Assembly: GCA_018061225.1 (NCBI GenBank)
Contig: JAGOUK010000001.1
Coordinates: 1-31,800 of the forward strand
Length of the DNA stretch: 31,800 bases
Source: Candidatus Omnitrophota bacterium
GTDB lineage: Bacteria; Omnitrophota; Gorgyraeia; 2-02-FULL-51-18; JAGOUK01
Reading direction: 5' to 3'
The notes under the pieces are model-generated. The model made no database searches. It worked only from the letters and a program-made list of their open reading frames with translations, and was not told the origin of the DNA. A program made the translations under genes and the position numbers. Positions 25,109 through 31,800 of this stretch are shown piece by piece. How positions within the stretch are numbered: the first letter of the stretch is position 1; the number at the start of each line of letters is the position of its first letter.

Positions 25109-26139
25109 GCGGAGAACTGCCTTAGGAATCTCATGTCGTTTTCATAAAAAAGCCTGATGTCATTGACGCCCCAGCGCCGCATCGCGATGCGTTCGACGCC
25201 GAATCCAAAGGCGAACCCGGAATATTTTTCTGGATTCACTTTGACGGCGCGTAAAACGTTGGGATGCACCATGCCGGCGCCGAGGATCTCAAGCCAGCCC
25301 TTATGACCGCAGGAACGGCAGCCGCTTCCTTTGCAGAGTCCGCAAGAGACATCCACTTCTGCCGACGGCTCCGTGAACGGAAAAAAATGTGGGCGGAAAC
25401 GGAGTTTGATATCGTTCCCAAAAAATTGTTTGGCGAAGGCGAGCAGAACACCTTTGAGATCCGCGAAGCTCACCTTTTCATCGACGCAAAGTCCTTCGAT
25501 CTGATGGAACATAAAGGAGTGTGTCGCGTCCGTCGCGTCCGGTCGGTACACGCGGCCGGGGGCGAGCACTTTGACCGGCGGCCGTTCATTTTCCATGATG
25601 CGCGTCTGCACCGTGGAGGTTTGGCTGCGGAGCAGCTTGCCGTTCTCCAGATAAAAAGTTGCGAGATCGTCACGGGAGGAATGGTCGGCCGGAATATTGA
25701 GCGCTTCAAAGTTGTAATAATCGGTTTCCATTTCGGGCCCGGTCACGATCTGAAACCCAAGCCGGTAAAAAATATCGCAGATCTCATCGACAACTTGGGT
25801 GATGGGGTGCAATCCGCCGATGAGCGGCGCGGTCCCGGGAAGGGTGAGGTCGGTTTTGGACTTTGCAGCGGCTGAATTCGCCCCCCCGCTGCCGGCAACT
25901 GCCGCCGTGCGCTGATCCAACAATGCGGCAATTTCGTTCTTGGCGCGGTTGGCTTCTTTCCCCGCTTCGGGTTTTTCAGAAGGGTCGATCTGACCAAAAA
26001 GACCGGTAAGCTCAGCAAGCGACCCTTTGCGGCCCAAGAACTGGACGCGCAGCGCTTCAACCGCTTCGGCCGTCTCAGCCGCCGGAATCTTCTCCTGCGC
26101 CTCCGCGATCACTTGTCTAATCTTATCCGCCAGGGTCAT
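25105..26139 (-). CDS. pheS: Phenylalanine--tRNA ligase alpha subunit
   Basis: GGLHPIT, NFEALNIP, FHQIEGL, RPHFFPFTEPS, EILGAGMVHP, GFAFGFGVER. Confidence 0.97.
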   Translation of the reverse strand: MTLADKIRQVIAEAQEKIPAAETAEAVEALRVQFLGRKGSLAELTGLFGQIDPSEKPEAGKEANRAKNEIAALLDQRTAAVAGSGGANSAAAKSKTDLTLPGTAPLIGGLHPITQVVDEICDIFYRLGFQIVTGPEMETDYYNFEALNIPADHSSRDDLATFYLENGKLLRSQTSTVQTRIMENERPPVKVLAPGRVYRPDATDATHSFMFHQIEGLCVDEKVSFADLKGVLLAFAKQFFGNDIKLRFRPHFFPFTEPSAEVDVSCGLCKGSGCRSCGHKGWLEILGAGMVHPNVLRAVKVNPEKYSGFAFGFGVERIAMRRWGVNDIRLFYENDMRFLRQFSA

Positions 26140-26174
26140 TTTAAATCTCTTCTCCGGGAGAACTGATTTGGGCC

Positions 26175-26308
26175 TAAGACAGGAACACCTGTCTTCGTAG
26201 GACTTTTTGCGGCGCGAGGCGTCCCCGCCGAGCGTCGCAAAGGAGCGAGCGCGCTAACCTTAGGCGCGCGAGCGGCTCCGTCCGTAGAAGACAGGTGTTC
26301 CTGTCTAA
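26175..26308. mobile_element. MITE-like non-autonomous element with 3-bp TAA duplication
   Basis: Perfect 20-bp inverted repeat AGACAGGAACACCTGTCTTC (26177-26196) / GAAGACAGGTGTTCCTGTCT (26287-26306); TAA at 26175-77 and 26306-08; no coding capacity. Confidence 0.65.
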
Positions 26309-26319
26309 GAGCCTGAAGT

Positions 26320-26670
26320 CTAGTTAGACTTCGCTACCTTCACTATTTCTTGAAAGGCTGCCGGGTCGATCTGGGCGATTTCCGAGAGCGACTTGCGGTC
26401 CAGCAGCACATTGGCGGTCAACAGACGGCCGATGAGCTGGCTGTACGTGATTCCGTTTTCTTCGGCGGCCGCTGTGATGCGGGAGATCCAAAGGGTGCGG
26501 AAGTTGCGCTTCTTAAGCCTGCGATGAACCGTGGAGTATTGCCAGGCGCGATGAACGGTCTCGCGCGCCATGCGGTAGAGCTTGCTCCGGCCGCCGACGG
26601 CACCCTTGGCTGCCTTCAGGTACTTCTTATGTCTTTTCTTGGTCGCCGTAACGTTTCTAACTCTAGCCAT
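26320..26670 (-). CDS. rplT: 50S ribosomal protein L20
   Basis: MARVRN...HKKYLKAAKG, RRLKKRNFRTLWISRI, LDRKSLSEIA; GGAGG SD before ATG 26670. Confidence 0.97.
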   Translation of the reverse strand: MARVRNVTATKKRHKKYLKAAKGAVGGRSKLYRMARETVHRAWQYSTVHRRLKKRNFRTLWISRITAAAEENGITYSQLIGRLLTANVLLDRKSLSEIAQIDPAAFQEIVKVAKSN

Positions 26671-26854
26671 TTGGCAGTAACCTCCTGATTCTCTTGTCAT
26701 CCACGGCAGAGATCGCTCCCTGACGACGCAGCTGACGCTTGCGCTTGCGGGTCTTCGATGCGTTCAGGTGGCCTTTGCCGGCCCGTCCGCGCTTCAAGCT
26801 GCCGGACTTTCTGAGCCGGATCCGCTTGGCAGTACCTTTTCGTGTTTTGAGCAT
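26663..26854 (-). CDS. rpmI: 50S ribosomal protein L35
   Basis: LKTRKGTAKRI...GHL...KRKRQLR...LLP; position between infC and rplT. Confidence 0.93.
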   Translation of the reverse strand: MLKTRKGTAKRIRLRKSGSLKRGRAGKGHLNASKTRKRKRQLRRQGAISAVDDKRIRRLLPNG

Positions 26855-26872
26855 AACTACTATGCGCTCCTT

Positions 26873-27490
26873 TTAGTGTTTGGGCTGAAGGATCATGATC
26901 AGCTGATTCCGGTCCTTCGCAGGAGCCGATTCAACCAATCCCAGGGGCGACACTTCTTCCGCCAATTTCATCAGCAGCTGTCTGCCGTTTTCGGTGTTCG
27001 CCTTTTCCCGTCCGCGGTAGACCATGGTCACTTTGACCTTGTCGCCGCGCTTCAAGAAATTTTCTATATGCTTCTTCTTAAAATCGTAATCATGCTCATC
27101 GATGTTCGGATGGAACTTAATCTCTTTGAGCTGAATCGTCTTCTGCTTCTTACGCGCTTCTTTATCTTTCTTCTCCTGCTCGTACTTGAACTTCGAAAAG
27201 TCCATGATACGGCAAACCGGAGGAGTCGCTGTCGGGGCGATTTCCACAAGGTCAAGTTCTGCCTTGGCCGCGTGGACCATGGCTTCCTGTGGAGTCATCA
27301 CGCCGAGCTGGGCGCCATCGTCACCGATGAGGCGGATGCTTACGGCGCGAATATACTGGTTAATCCGAATGCGCTGTTTGGAGGCTGAGCTCGGAGGAGG
27401 CGTTCCCATGGGAGGCCTTCCGAACGGAGTCGCTTGCGGTGATCCCGGTGTCTGTGGACTTGGACTGCTGCTAAAGGGTAACCGGGCCAC
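26873..27490 (-). CDS. infC: Translation initiation factor IF-3 (start GTG 27490 or ATG 27409)
   Basis: RINQYIR, LDLVEIAP, PPVCRIMDFSKFKYE, LKEIKFHPNIDEHD, GDKVKVT, FRGRE-like YRGRE. Confidence 0.96.
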   Translation of the reverse strand: MARLPFSSSPSPQTPGSPQATPFGRPPMGTPPPSSASKQRIRINQYIRAVSIRLIGDDGAQLGVMTPQEAMVHAAKAELDLVEIAPTATPPVCRIMDFSKFKYEQEKKDKEARKKQKTIQLKEIKFHPNIDEHDYDFKKKHIENFLKRGDKVKVTMVYRGREKANTENGRQLLMKLAEEVSPLGLVESAPAKDRNQLIMILQPKH

Positions 27491-27535
27491 TACTGACTAA
27501 CGCGTTGGATCTGCAAGTATCTGACGCCCTCCGTG

Positions 27536-27590
27536 AGTTTGCTAAAAAATCCCATCTGCATCTTTGCGGACCGCGTTTCCGCGGTTGCAT
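27536..27590 (-). repeat. Palindromic intergenic element, truncated copy B
   Basis: Minus strand ATGCAACCGCG-GAAA-CGCGGTCC-GCAAAGATGCAGATG-GGATTTTTTAGCAAACT. The right arm matches the copy A right arm at 21/25 positions with one gap. Confidence 0.6.
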
Positions 27591-27594
27591 GAAA

Positions 27595-29346
27595 CTAGAA
27601 AGTGCAATCTTTCAGCTTAATTTCCGAACTAACCTTCGTAACAAAATCTTCGAGCGGCATCGCGATCTGCTCGCGTGAGCCGCGCCGGCGGACGGTGACC
27701 GTGCCGGCTTCTTCTTCCTTATCGCCAACGACCAGCGTGTAAGGGATTTTTTCCTCGTTGGCCTGCCGCACGCGCTTGCCGAGCGTATCGCCGGGGCTCA
27801 AGTAGCTGACGCGAAAGCCCGCTTCTTCCAGCCGCTTCTGCGTCGCTTTGGCAAACGGCTCGTGCTTTTCGGTCACGGGGACCATCGCTGCCTGAACGGG
27901 AGCGATCCATAAAGGAAACGCCCCGGCATAATGCTCCACCAAAGTGCCGAGAAAGCGTTCGACGCTTCCCAAAATGGCCCGGTGCAGCATCACAGGACGC
28001 TTTCTGTCTCCCTCCGTGGAGGCATACTCTAATTCGAACTTCTCCGGGAGGGCAAAATCGCACTGTATTGTACTACACTGCCAAGCCCTTCCCAAAGCAT
28101 CTTTAATCCTAAGGTCAATCTTGGGGCCATAGAAGGCGCCGCCTTCAGGGGCGACTTCGTACTTAAGACCCTTCTTTTCGAGAGCTCCCCGCAGGGCTTC
28201 GGTGGCCTTGGCCCAAATTTCGTCGGTCCCGATCGACTCCTTGGGGCGGGTACTTAGCTCAATCTCATATTCCGTAAATCCAAACGCCCCAAGGATATAG
28301 AACACAAAGTCCATCACGCGGCCTATCTCGTCTTCGAGCTGATCGGGCAGGCAAAAGATGTGGGCGTCGTCCTGGGTGAAGTTCCGGACCCGAAGCAGGC
28401 CGTGCAGGGCCCCGGACTTTTCGTTGCGGCAGACATTGCCCAATTCGAAGAAACGAAGCGGAAAATTCCGGTAACTGCGGGTCTGAGTCTTATAAATCAG
28501 CATATGGCCCGGGCAATTCATCGGCTTGATGCCGTATTCCTTACCGTCCTCGGCCTCATGGATGAACATGTTCTCTTTGTAATAGTCGTAGTGGCCGGAG
28601 GTCTTCCAGACATCACTTTTGAGGATCTGAGGGCCGCCGACGAAGAAGTAGTCGCGCTTGAGATGCTCTTCCCGCACGAACTGCTCAACCAGATACCGGA
28701 GCATCGCGCCTTTGGGATGATAAAAAACGAGTCCCGGACCCGCTTCTTCCTGAATTGAATAAAGGTCCAGCTCGCGTCCCAGCTTGCGGTGGTCACGCTT
28801 CTTGGCCTCTTCGATCCGCTTCAGATGCTCATCTAAATCTTTTTGGGAGAAAAAAGCCGTTCCGTACACGCGCTGCATCATCGGGTTGGTCTCGATGCCG
28901 CGCCAGTAAGCGCCCGAGACGTTGAGAAGCTTCAGAGCTTTGATCTCGCCGGTTGAGTGTACATGGGGGTTCTTACAAAGGTCGGTGAAGTCTCCGTCGA
29001 CGACCAGCGTCACTTTTTCGTCCGCCGGGAGGCGCTCGATGATGTCGAGCTTATACGGCTCATTCGCCCGCGTAAAGAAGTCCACCGCTTCCGGTCTGGG
29101 CACTTCCTTCTTTATATAAGGGTAGTTGGCCTTCACGATCTCGCGCATCTTCTCCTCGATCTTCACGAGGTCCTCATCGGTCAGCCGATGATCCAAATCA
29201 ATATCATAGAAGAACCCCTGATCCACCGGAGGCCCCACCCCCAGCTTCGCCTGAGGCCAAAAAGCCTTCACCGCCTGCGCCAACACATGCGCACACGAGT
29301 GCCTCAGCTTATCCAGATCCGTATATTGTTCCGCGCCCTTCGCCAT
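27595..29346 (-). CDS. thrS: Threonine--tRNA ligase (no N-terminal TGS domain)
   Basis: RHSCAH, DLCKNPH, KRDHRKLG, KPMNCPGH, GLLRVRNFTQDDAHIF, YGPKID, HRAILGSVERF; start at ATG 29346. Confidence 0.97.
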   Translation of the reverse strand: MAKGAEQYTDLDKLRHSCAHVLAQAVKAFWPQAKLGVGPPVDQGFFYDIDLDHRLTDEDLVKIEEKMREIVKANYPYIKKEVPRPEAVDFFTRANEPYKLDIIERLPADEKVTLVVDGDFTDLCKNPHVHSTGEIKALKLLNVSGAYWRGIETNPMMQRVYGTAFFSQKDLDEHLKRIEEAKKRDHRKLGRELDLYSIQEEAGPGLVFYHPKGAMLRYLVEQFVREEHLKRDYFFVGGPQILKSDVWKTSGHYDYYKENMFIHEAEDGKEYGIKPMNCPGHMLIYKTQTRSYRNFPLRFFELGNVCRNEKSGALHGLLRVRNFTQDDAHIFCLPDQLEDEIGRVMDFVFYILGAFGFTEYEIELSTRPKESIGTDEIWAKATEALRGALEKKGLKYEVAPEGGAFYGPKIDLRIKDALGRAWQCSTIQCDFALPEKFELEYASTEGDRKRPVMLHRAILGSVERFLGTLVEHYAGAFPLWIAPVQAAMVPVTEKHEPFAKATQKRLEEAGFRVSYLSPGDTLGKRVRQANEEKIPYTLVVGDKEEEAGTVTVRRRGSREQIAMPLEDFVTKVSSEIKLKDCTF

Positions 29347-29427
29347 AAAAAATTTTTCCCAAGCGGTCATTAATCCACACGAGCGCTGCGAAGCAGCGTA
29401 CGCCCCAAACACGACTCCCAATCAACC

Positions 29428-29535
29428 GTTTCTGCGACAAAAGGCGCCATATGCTAGGCGCGGCGGTGTGAAGCATACAATGCAGTATGCGAATACCGCC
29501 GCAACGACGCAGATGGCGCCTTTTCTCGCAGAAAC
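29428..29535 (+). repeat. Palindromic intergenic element, copy C (108 nt), abutting the tRNA-Val CCA end
   Basis: GTTTCTGCGACAAAAGGCGCCAT (29428-50) / ATGGCGCCTTTTCTCGCAGAAAC (29513-35), 22/23 complementary; inner stems GCGGCGGT/ACCGCCGC and GCATAC/GTATGC. Confidence 0.85.
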
Positions 29536-29612
29536 TGGTGGGCAATACAGGATTCGAACCTGTGACCTTTTCCATGTCAAGGAAACGCTCTAACCAACTG
29601 AGCTAATTGCCC
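29536..29612 (-). tRNA. tRNA-Val(GAC)
   Basis: GGGCAAT/ATTGCCC acceptor stem, anticodon arm TTTCC-TTGACAT-GGAAA, TTCGAAT T-loop, encoded CCA. Confidence 0.97.
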
Positions 29613-29642
29613 AAAAAAAAGAATCCGAACTCAACGAATACA

Positions 29643-29726
29643 TGCCGAGAGCCGGACTTGAACCGGCATGGACCGAAGCCCGACAGATTTTAAGTCTGTT
29701 GTGTCTGCCAATTCCACCATCCCGGC
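29643..29726 (-). tRNA. tRNA-Leu(TAA)
   Basis: GCCGGGA acceptor stem, TGGCAGAC D-loop, ACAGA-CTTAAAA-TCTGT, long variable arm with TTCG loop; CCA not encoded. Confidence 0.96.
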
Positions 29727-29730
29727 AATC

Positions 29731-29804
29731 TGGAGGCGACGGCCGGAATTGAACCGGCGTAAACGGTTTTGCAGACCGCTGCCTAACCACTTGGCTACGT
29801 CGCC
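29731..29804 (-). tRNA. tRNA-Cys(GCA)
   Basis: GGCGACG/CGTCGCC acceptor stem, anticodon loop CTGCAAA, discriminator T, encoded CCA. Confidence 0.97.
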
Positions 29805-29837
29805 GTAAAGGCAAAATCGGGCATCCTAAAGAGGGAC

Positions 29838-29866
29838 AATGTAACAGATGGGCCGTTCAGGGTCAA
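29838..29866 (-). promoter_or_regulatory. Promoter of the tRNA-Cys/Leu/Val cluster
   Basis: TTGACC (29866-61), 17 nt, TACATT (29843-38) with a TG extension. Confidence 0.65.
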
Positions 29867-29914
29867 TTATACCGTGCCGTCCATCCGGGGCAGGTCCGTC
29901 CCGACGCTTTTTCC

Positions 29915-29923
29915 TGTTATAAT
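29915..29923 (+). promoter_or_regulatory. Extended -10 promoter of metH
   Basis: TGTTATAAT, 8 nt before the metH ATG. Confidence 0.7.
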
Positions 29924-29931
29924 TCCCAACA

Positions 29932-31800
29932 ATGGTCAAACCCAACGAACATCCTATTTATTCGCTTCTCGCCAAACGCGTTGTTTTCCTCGATGGCGCC
30001 ATGGGCACGATGATACAGCGTCATAAGCTGACCGAAGCCGACTATCGGGGCGAACGGTTCAAAGACTACGCGCAGGACCTTAAAGGCAATAACGACCTCC
30101 TATCCCTCACCCGACCGGATGTGATCCGTCTCATCCACCGCCAATATCTCGAAGCCGGCAGCGACATCATCGAGACCAACACCTTCAGCGCCAACGCCAT
30201 CAGCATGGCTGACTATAAGATGGAAGGGCTGGTCTATGAGCTCAACGTCGCCTCGGCCAAACTGGCGCGCGAAGCCATAGATGAGGTCCGCAAGCAAGAT
30301 CCGTCCCGCGTCTGCTTCGTGGCTGGCGCCATCGGGCCCACCAACCGCACCGCGTCCATGTCCCAGAACGTCAATGACCCCGGCAACCGTGCCGTGACCT
30401 TCACGCAGCTAGTCGAGATTTACACCGAACAGATTCGCGGCCTCGTTGACGGCGGGGCCGACCTTCTGATGGTCGAAACAATCTTCGACACCCTGAATGC
30501 CAAGGCCGCGCTTTATGCGATTGATCTTTATGCCGAGCAAACCGGCAAGAAACTGCCCATCATTATTTCGGGCACCATCACCGACGCGTCGGGGCGTACG
30601 CTCTCAGGTCAAACGGTCGAGGCCTTCTGGACTTCGCTCAAGCACGCCAAGCCTCTCGCGATCGGGCTCAATTGCGCGCTCGGAGCGGCCGAGATGCGTC
30701 CTTACATCGCGGAACTCTCGCGGCTGGCCGATTGCTACATCAGCTGTTATCCCAACGCGGGTCTTCCCAACGAATTTGCCGAATACGACCAGGCGCCTGA
30801 TCAGATGGCGCCTTTGGTGAAGGACTTTGTTCAAAGCGGTTACATCAATATTCTCGGCGGCTGCTGCGGCACAACCCCCGACCACATCGCGGCAATGGTG
30901 AAAGCCGCGCGCGACATGGCGCCGCGTAAAGTCCCGGTGATCGCGCCGCGCTCGTCTTACAGCGGACTCGAAGTGCTCAATCTTGATCCGGGCGCCCGCT
31001 TCCTCAATGTCGGCGAACGCACCAACGTCACCGGCTCGCCCAAATTTGCCAAGCTCATCAAAGAAGAAAAATACGACGAGGCGCTCACCGTCGCGCGCCA
31101 GCAGGTCGAAGCCGGCGCCCAGATGATCGACATCAACATGGACGAAGCGATGCTCGATTCCAAAGCCGCGATGGTGAAATTCCTGAACCTTATCGCGTCC
31201 GAGCCCGACATCGCGCGCGTGCCCGTCATGATCGACTCCTCCAAGTGGGATGTCATCGAAGCGGGTCTCCAGTGCTGCCAAGGCAAATGCGTCGTGAACT
31301 CTATCAGTCTCAAGGAGGGTGAAGCGCCGTTCAAGGAACAAGCGCGCAAGCTCAAGCGCTACGGCGCGGCCGCGGTCGTGATGGCATTCGATGAGCAGGG
31401 CCAGGCCGATACGCTCGAGCGCCGCAAGACCATTTGCCAACGCGCGTACAAAATCCTCACCGAAGAGATTGGTCTGCCTGGCGAGGACATCATCTTCGAT
31501 CCCAATATTTTCGCGATCGCGACCGGTATCGAGGAGCACAGCAATTACGCGGTCGACTTCATCGAAGCCTGCAAATACATCAAGGCCGAACTCCCACACG
31601 CCAAGATCTCCGGCGGTGTGAGCAATGTTTCGTTTTCATTCCGTGGTAATAATCCCGTGCGCGAGGCGATGCACTCGGTTTTTCTCTACTACGCGGTGAA
31701 GGCGGGGCTGGACATGGGCAACGTCAACGCGGGCATGATCGAAGTCTATGACGAGATCCCCAAGGACTTGCTCGCCAAAGTCGAGGACGTCGTGCTCAAC
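29932..31800 (+). CDS. metH: Cobalamin-dependent methionine synthase, N-terminal part; runs off the window end
   Basis: Not in the ORF track (no stop in window). Hand translation: [45 protein letters not shown] (Zn site), [28 protein letters not shown]. Confidence 0.97.
   Translation, partial: MVKPNEHPIYSLLAKRVVFLDGAMGTMIQRHKLTEADYRGERFKDYAQDLKGNNDLLSLTRPDVIRLIHRQYLEAGSDIIETNTFSANAISMADYKMEGLVYELNVASAKLAREAIDEVRKQDPSRVCFVAGAIGPTNRTASMSQNVNDPGNRAVTFTQLVEIYTEQIRGLVDGGADLLMVETIFDTLNAKAALYAIDLYAEQTGKKLPIIISGTITDASGRTLSGQTVEAFWTSLKHAKPLAIGLNCALGAAEMRPYIAELSRLADCYISCYPNAGLPNEFAEYDQAPDQMAPLVKDFVQSGYINILGGCCGTTPDHIAAMVKAARDMAPRKVPVIAPRSSYSGLEVLNLDPGARFLNVGERTNVTGSPKFAKLIKEEKYDEALTVARQQVEAGAQMIDINMDEAMLDSKAAMVKFLNLIASEPDIARVPVMIDSSKWDVIEAGLQCCQGKCVVNSISLKEGEAPFKEQARKLKRYGAAAVVMAFDEQGQADTLERRKTICQRAYKILTEEIGLPGEDIIFDPNIFAIATGIEEHSNYAVDFIEACKYIKAELPHAKISGGVSNVSFSFRGNNPVREAMHSVFLYYAVKAGLDMGNVNAGMIEVYDEIPKDLLAKVEDVVLN

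Noticed and set aside
27560-27595. T-box or L20-leader candidate upstream of infC (AACCGCG)
   Set aside because: There is no UGG T-box bulge, specifier stem or terminator; it is explained as repeat copy B.
28020-28140. Rare-codon patch in thrS (AGG, ATA, TTA, AGA)
   Set aside because: Other parts of thrS also have many A/T-ending codons, so the contrast is too weak to call.
8925-29421. Extended N-termini given by the ORF track for dxs, ispA, xseB, ygfA, thrC-like, cysH, rplT and thrS
   Set aside because: They overlap neighbouring genes or elements and lack homologous character; downstream starts with better SD or coupling were chosen.
12935-29535. CRISPR array interpretation of the palindromic repeats
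   Set aside because: The copies are dispersed kilobases apart, not tandem with spacers, and no cas genes are present.
29536-29804. Prophage or genomic island integrated at the tRNAs
   Set aside because: There is no integrase, no duplicated tRNA 3' end, and only core genes flank the cluster.
29821-29910. SAM-I riboswitch-like fragment (GAGGGAC...GGGCCG) upstream of metH
   Set aside because: The GCAACC, GGUGC and P1 elements are missing, and the region lies upstream of the metH -10 box.
620-31649. Long antisense or alternate-frame ORFs in the track (e.g. 2278..3171+, 7067..8020+, 10754..11557+, 18701..19729+, 20125..20997+, 22364..23236+, 30604..31599-)
   Set aside because: They lie opposite well-supported genes, show no recognisable motifs or SD sites, and are expected shadows of GC-biased coding sequence.

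Overview
A housekeeping-rich bacterial window of moderately high GC. The lineage may be PVC/Omnitrophota-like, but that is a low-confidence impression. Almost all genes are on the minus strand. In transcription order: tRNA-Cys/Leu/Val, thrS, infC-rpmI-rplT, pheS-pheT, a 6S RNA absent from the ORF track, rarA, and a small secreted Cys/His-rich protein. Next is a tightly coupled 13-gene sulfur cluster: cysD-cysN-cysH, JAB protease, cysK, ThrC-like PLP enzyme, ubiquitin-like carrier ending GG-AR, NIL protein, two small unknowns, Fur, Rrf2 and ygfA. Then come rny-xseA-xseB-ispA-dxs and a separately promoted TolC-MFP-RND-RND operon that runs off the left edge. metH is divergent and runs off the right edge. 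Main leads: (1) a candidate sulfur-carrier-dependent homocysteine/cysteine route; (2) a family of ~107-nt palindromic intergenic elements with a conserved core and co-varying stems, placed at gene 3' ends; (3) a different MITE-like element with TAA duplication before pheS; (4) an SD-led ATA minigene in frame with infC. No CRISPR, transposase, integrase or phage genes were seen. All calls come from reading the sequence by eye; no searches were run.
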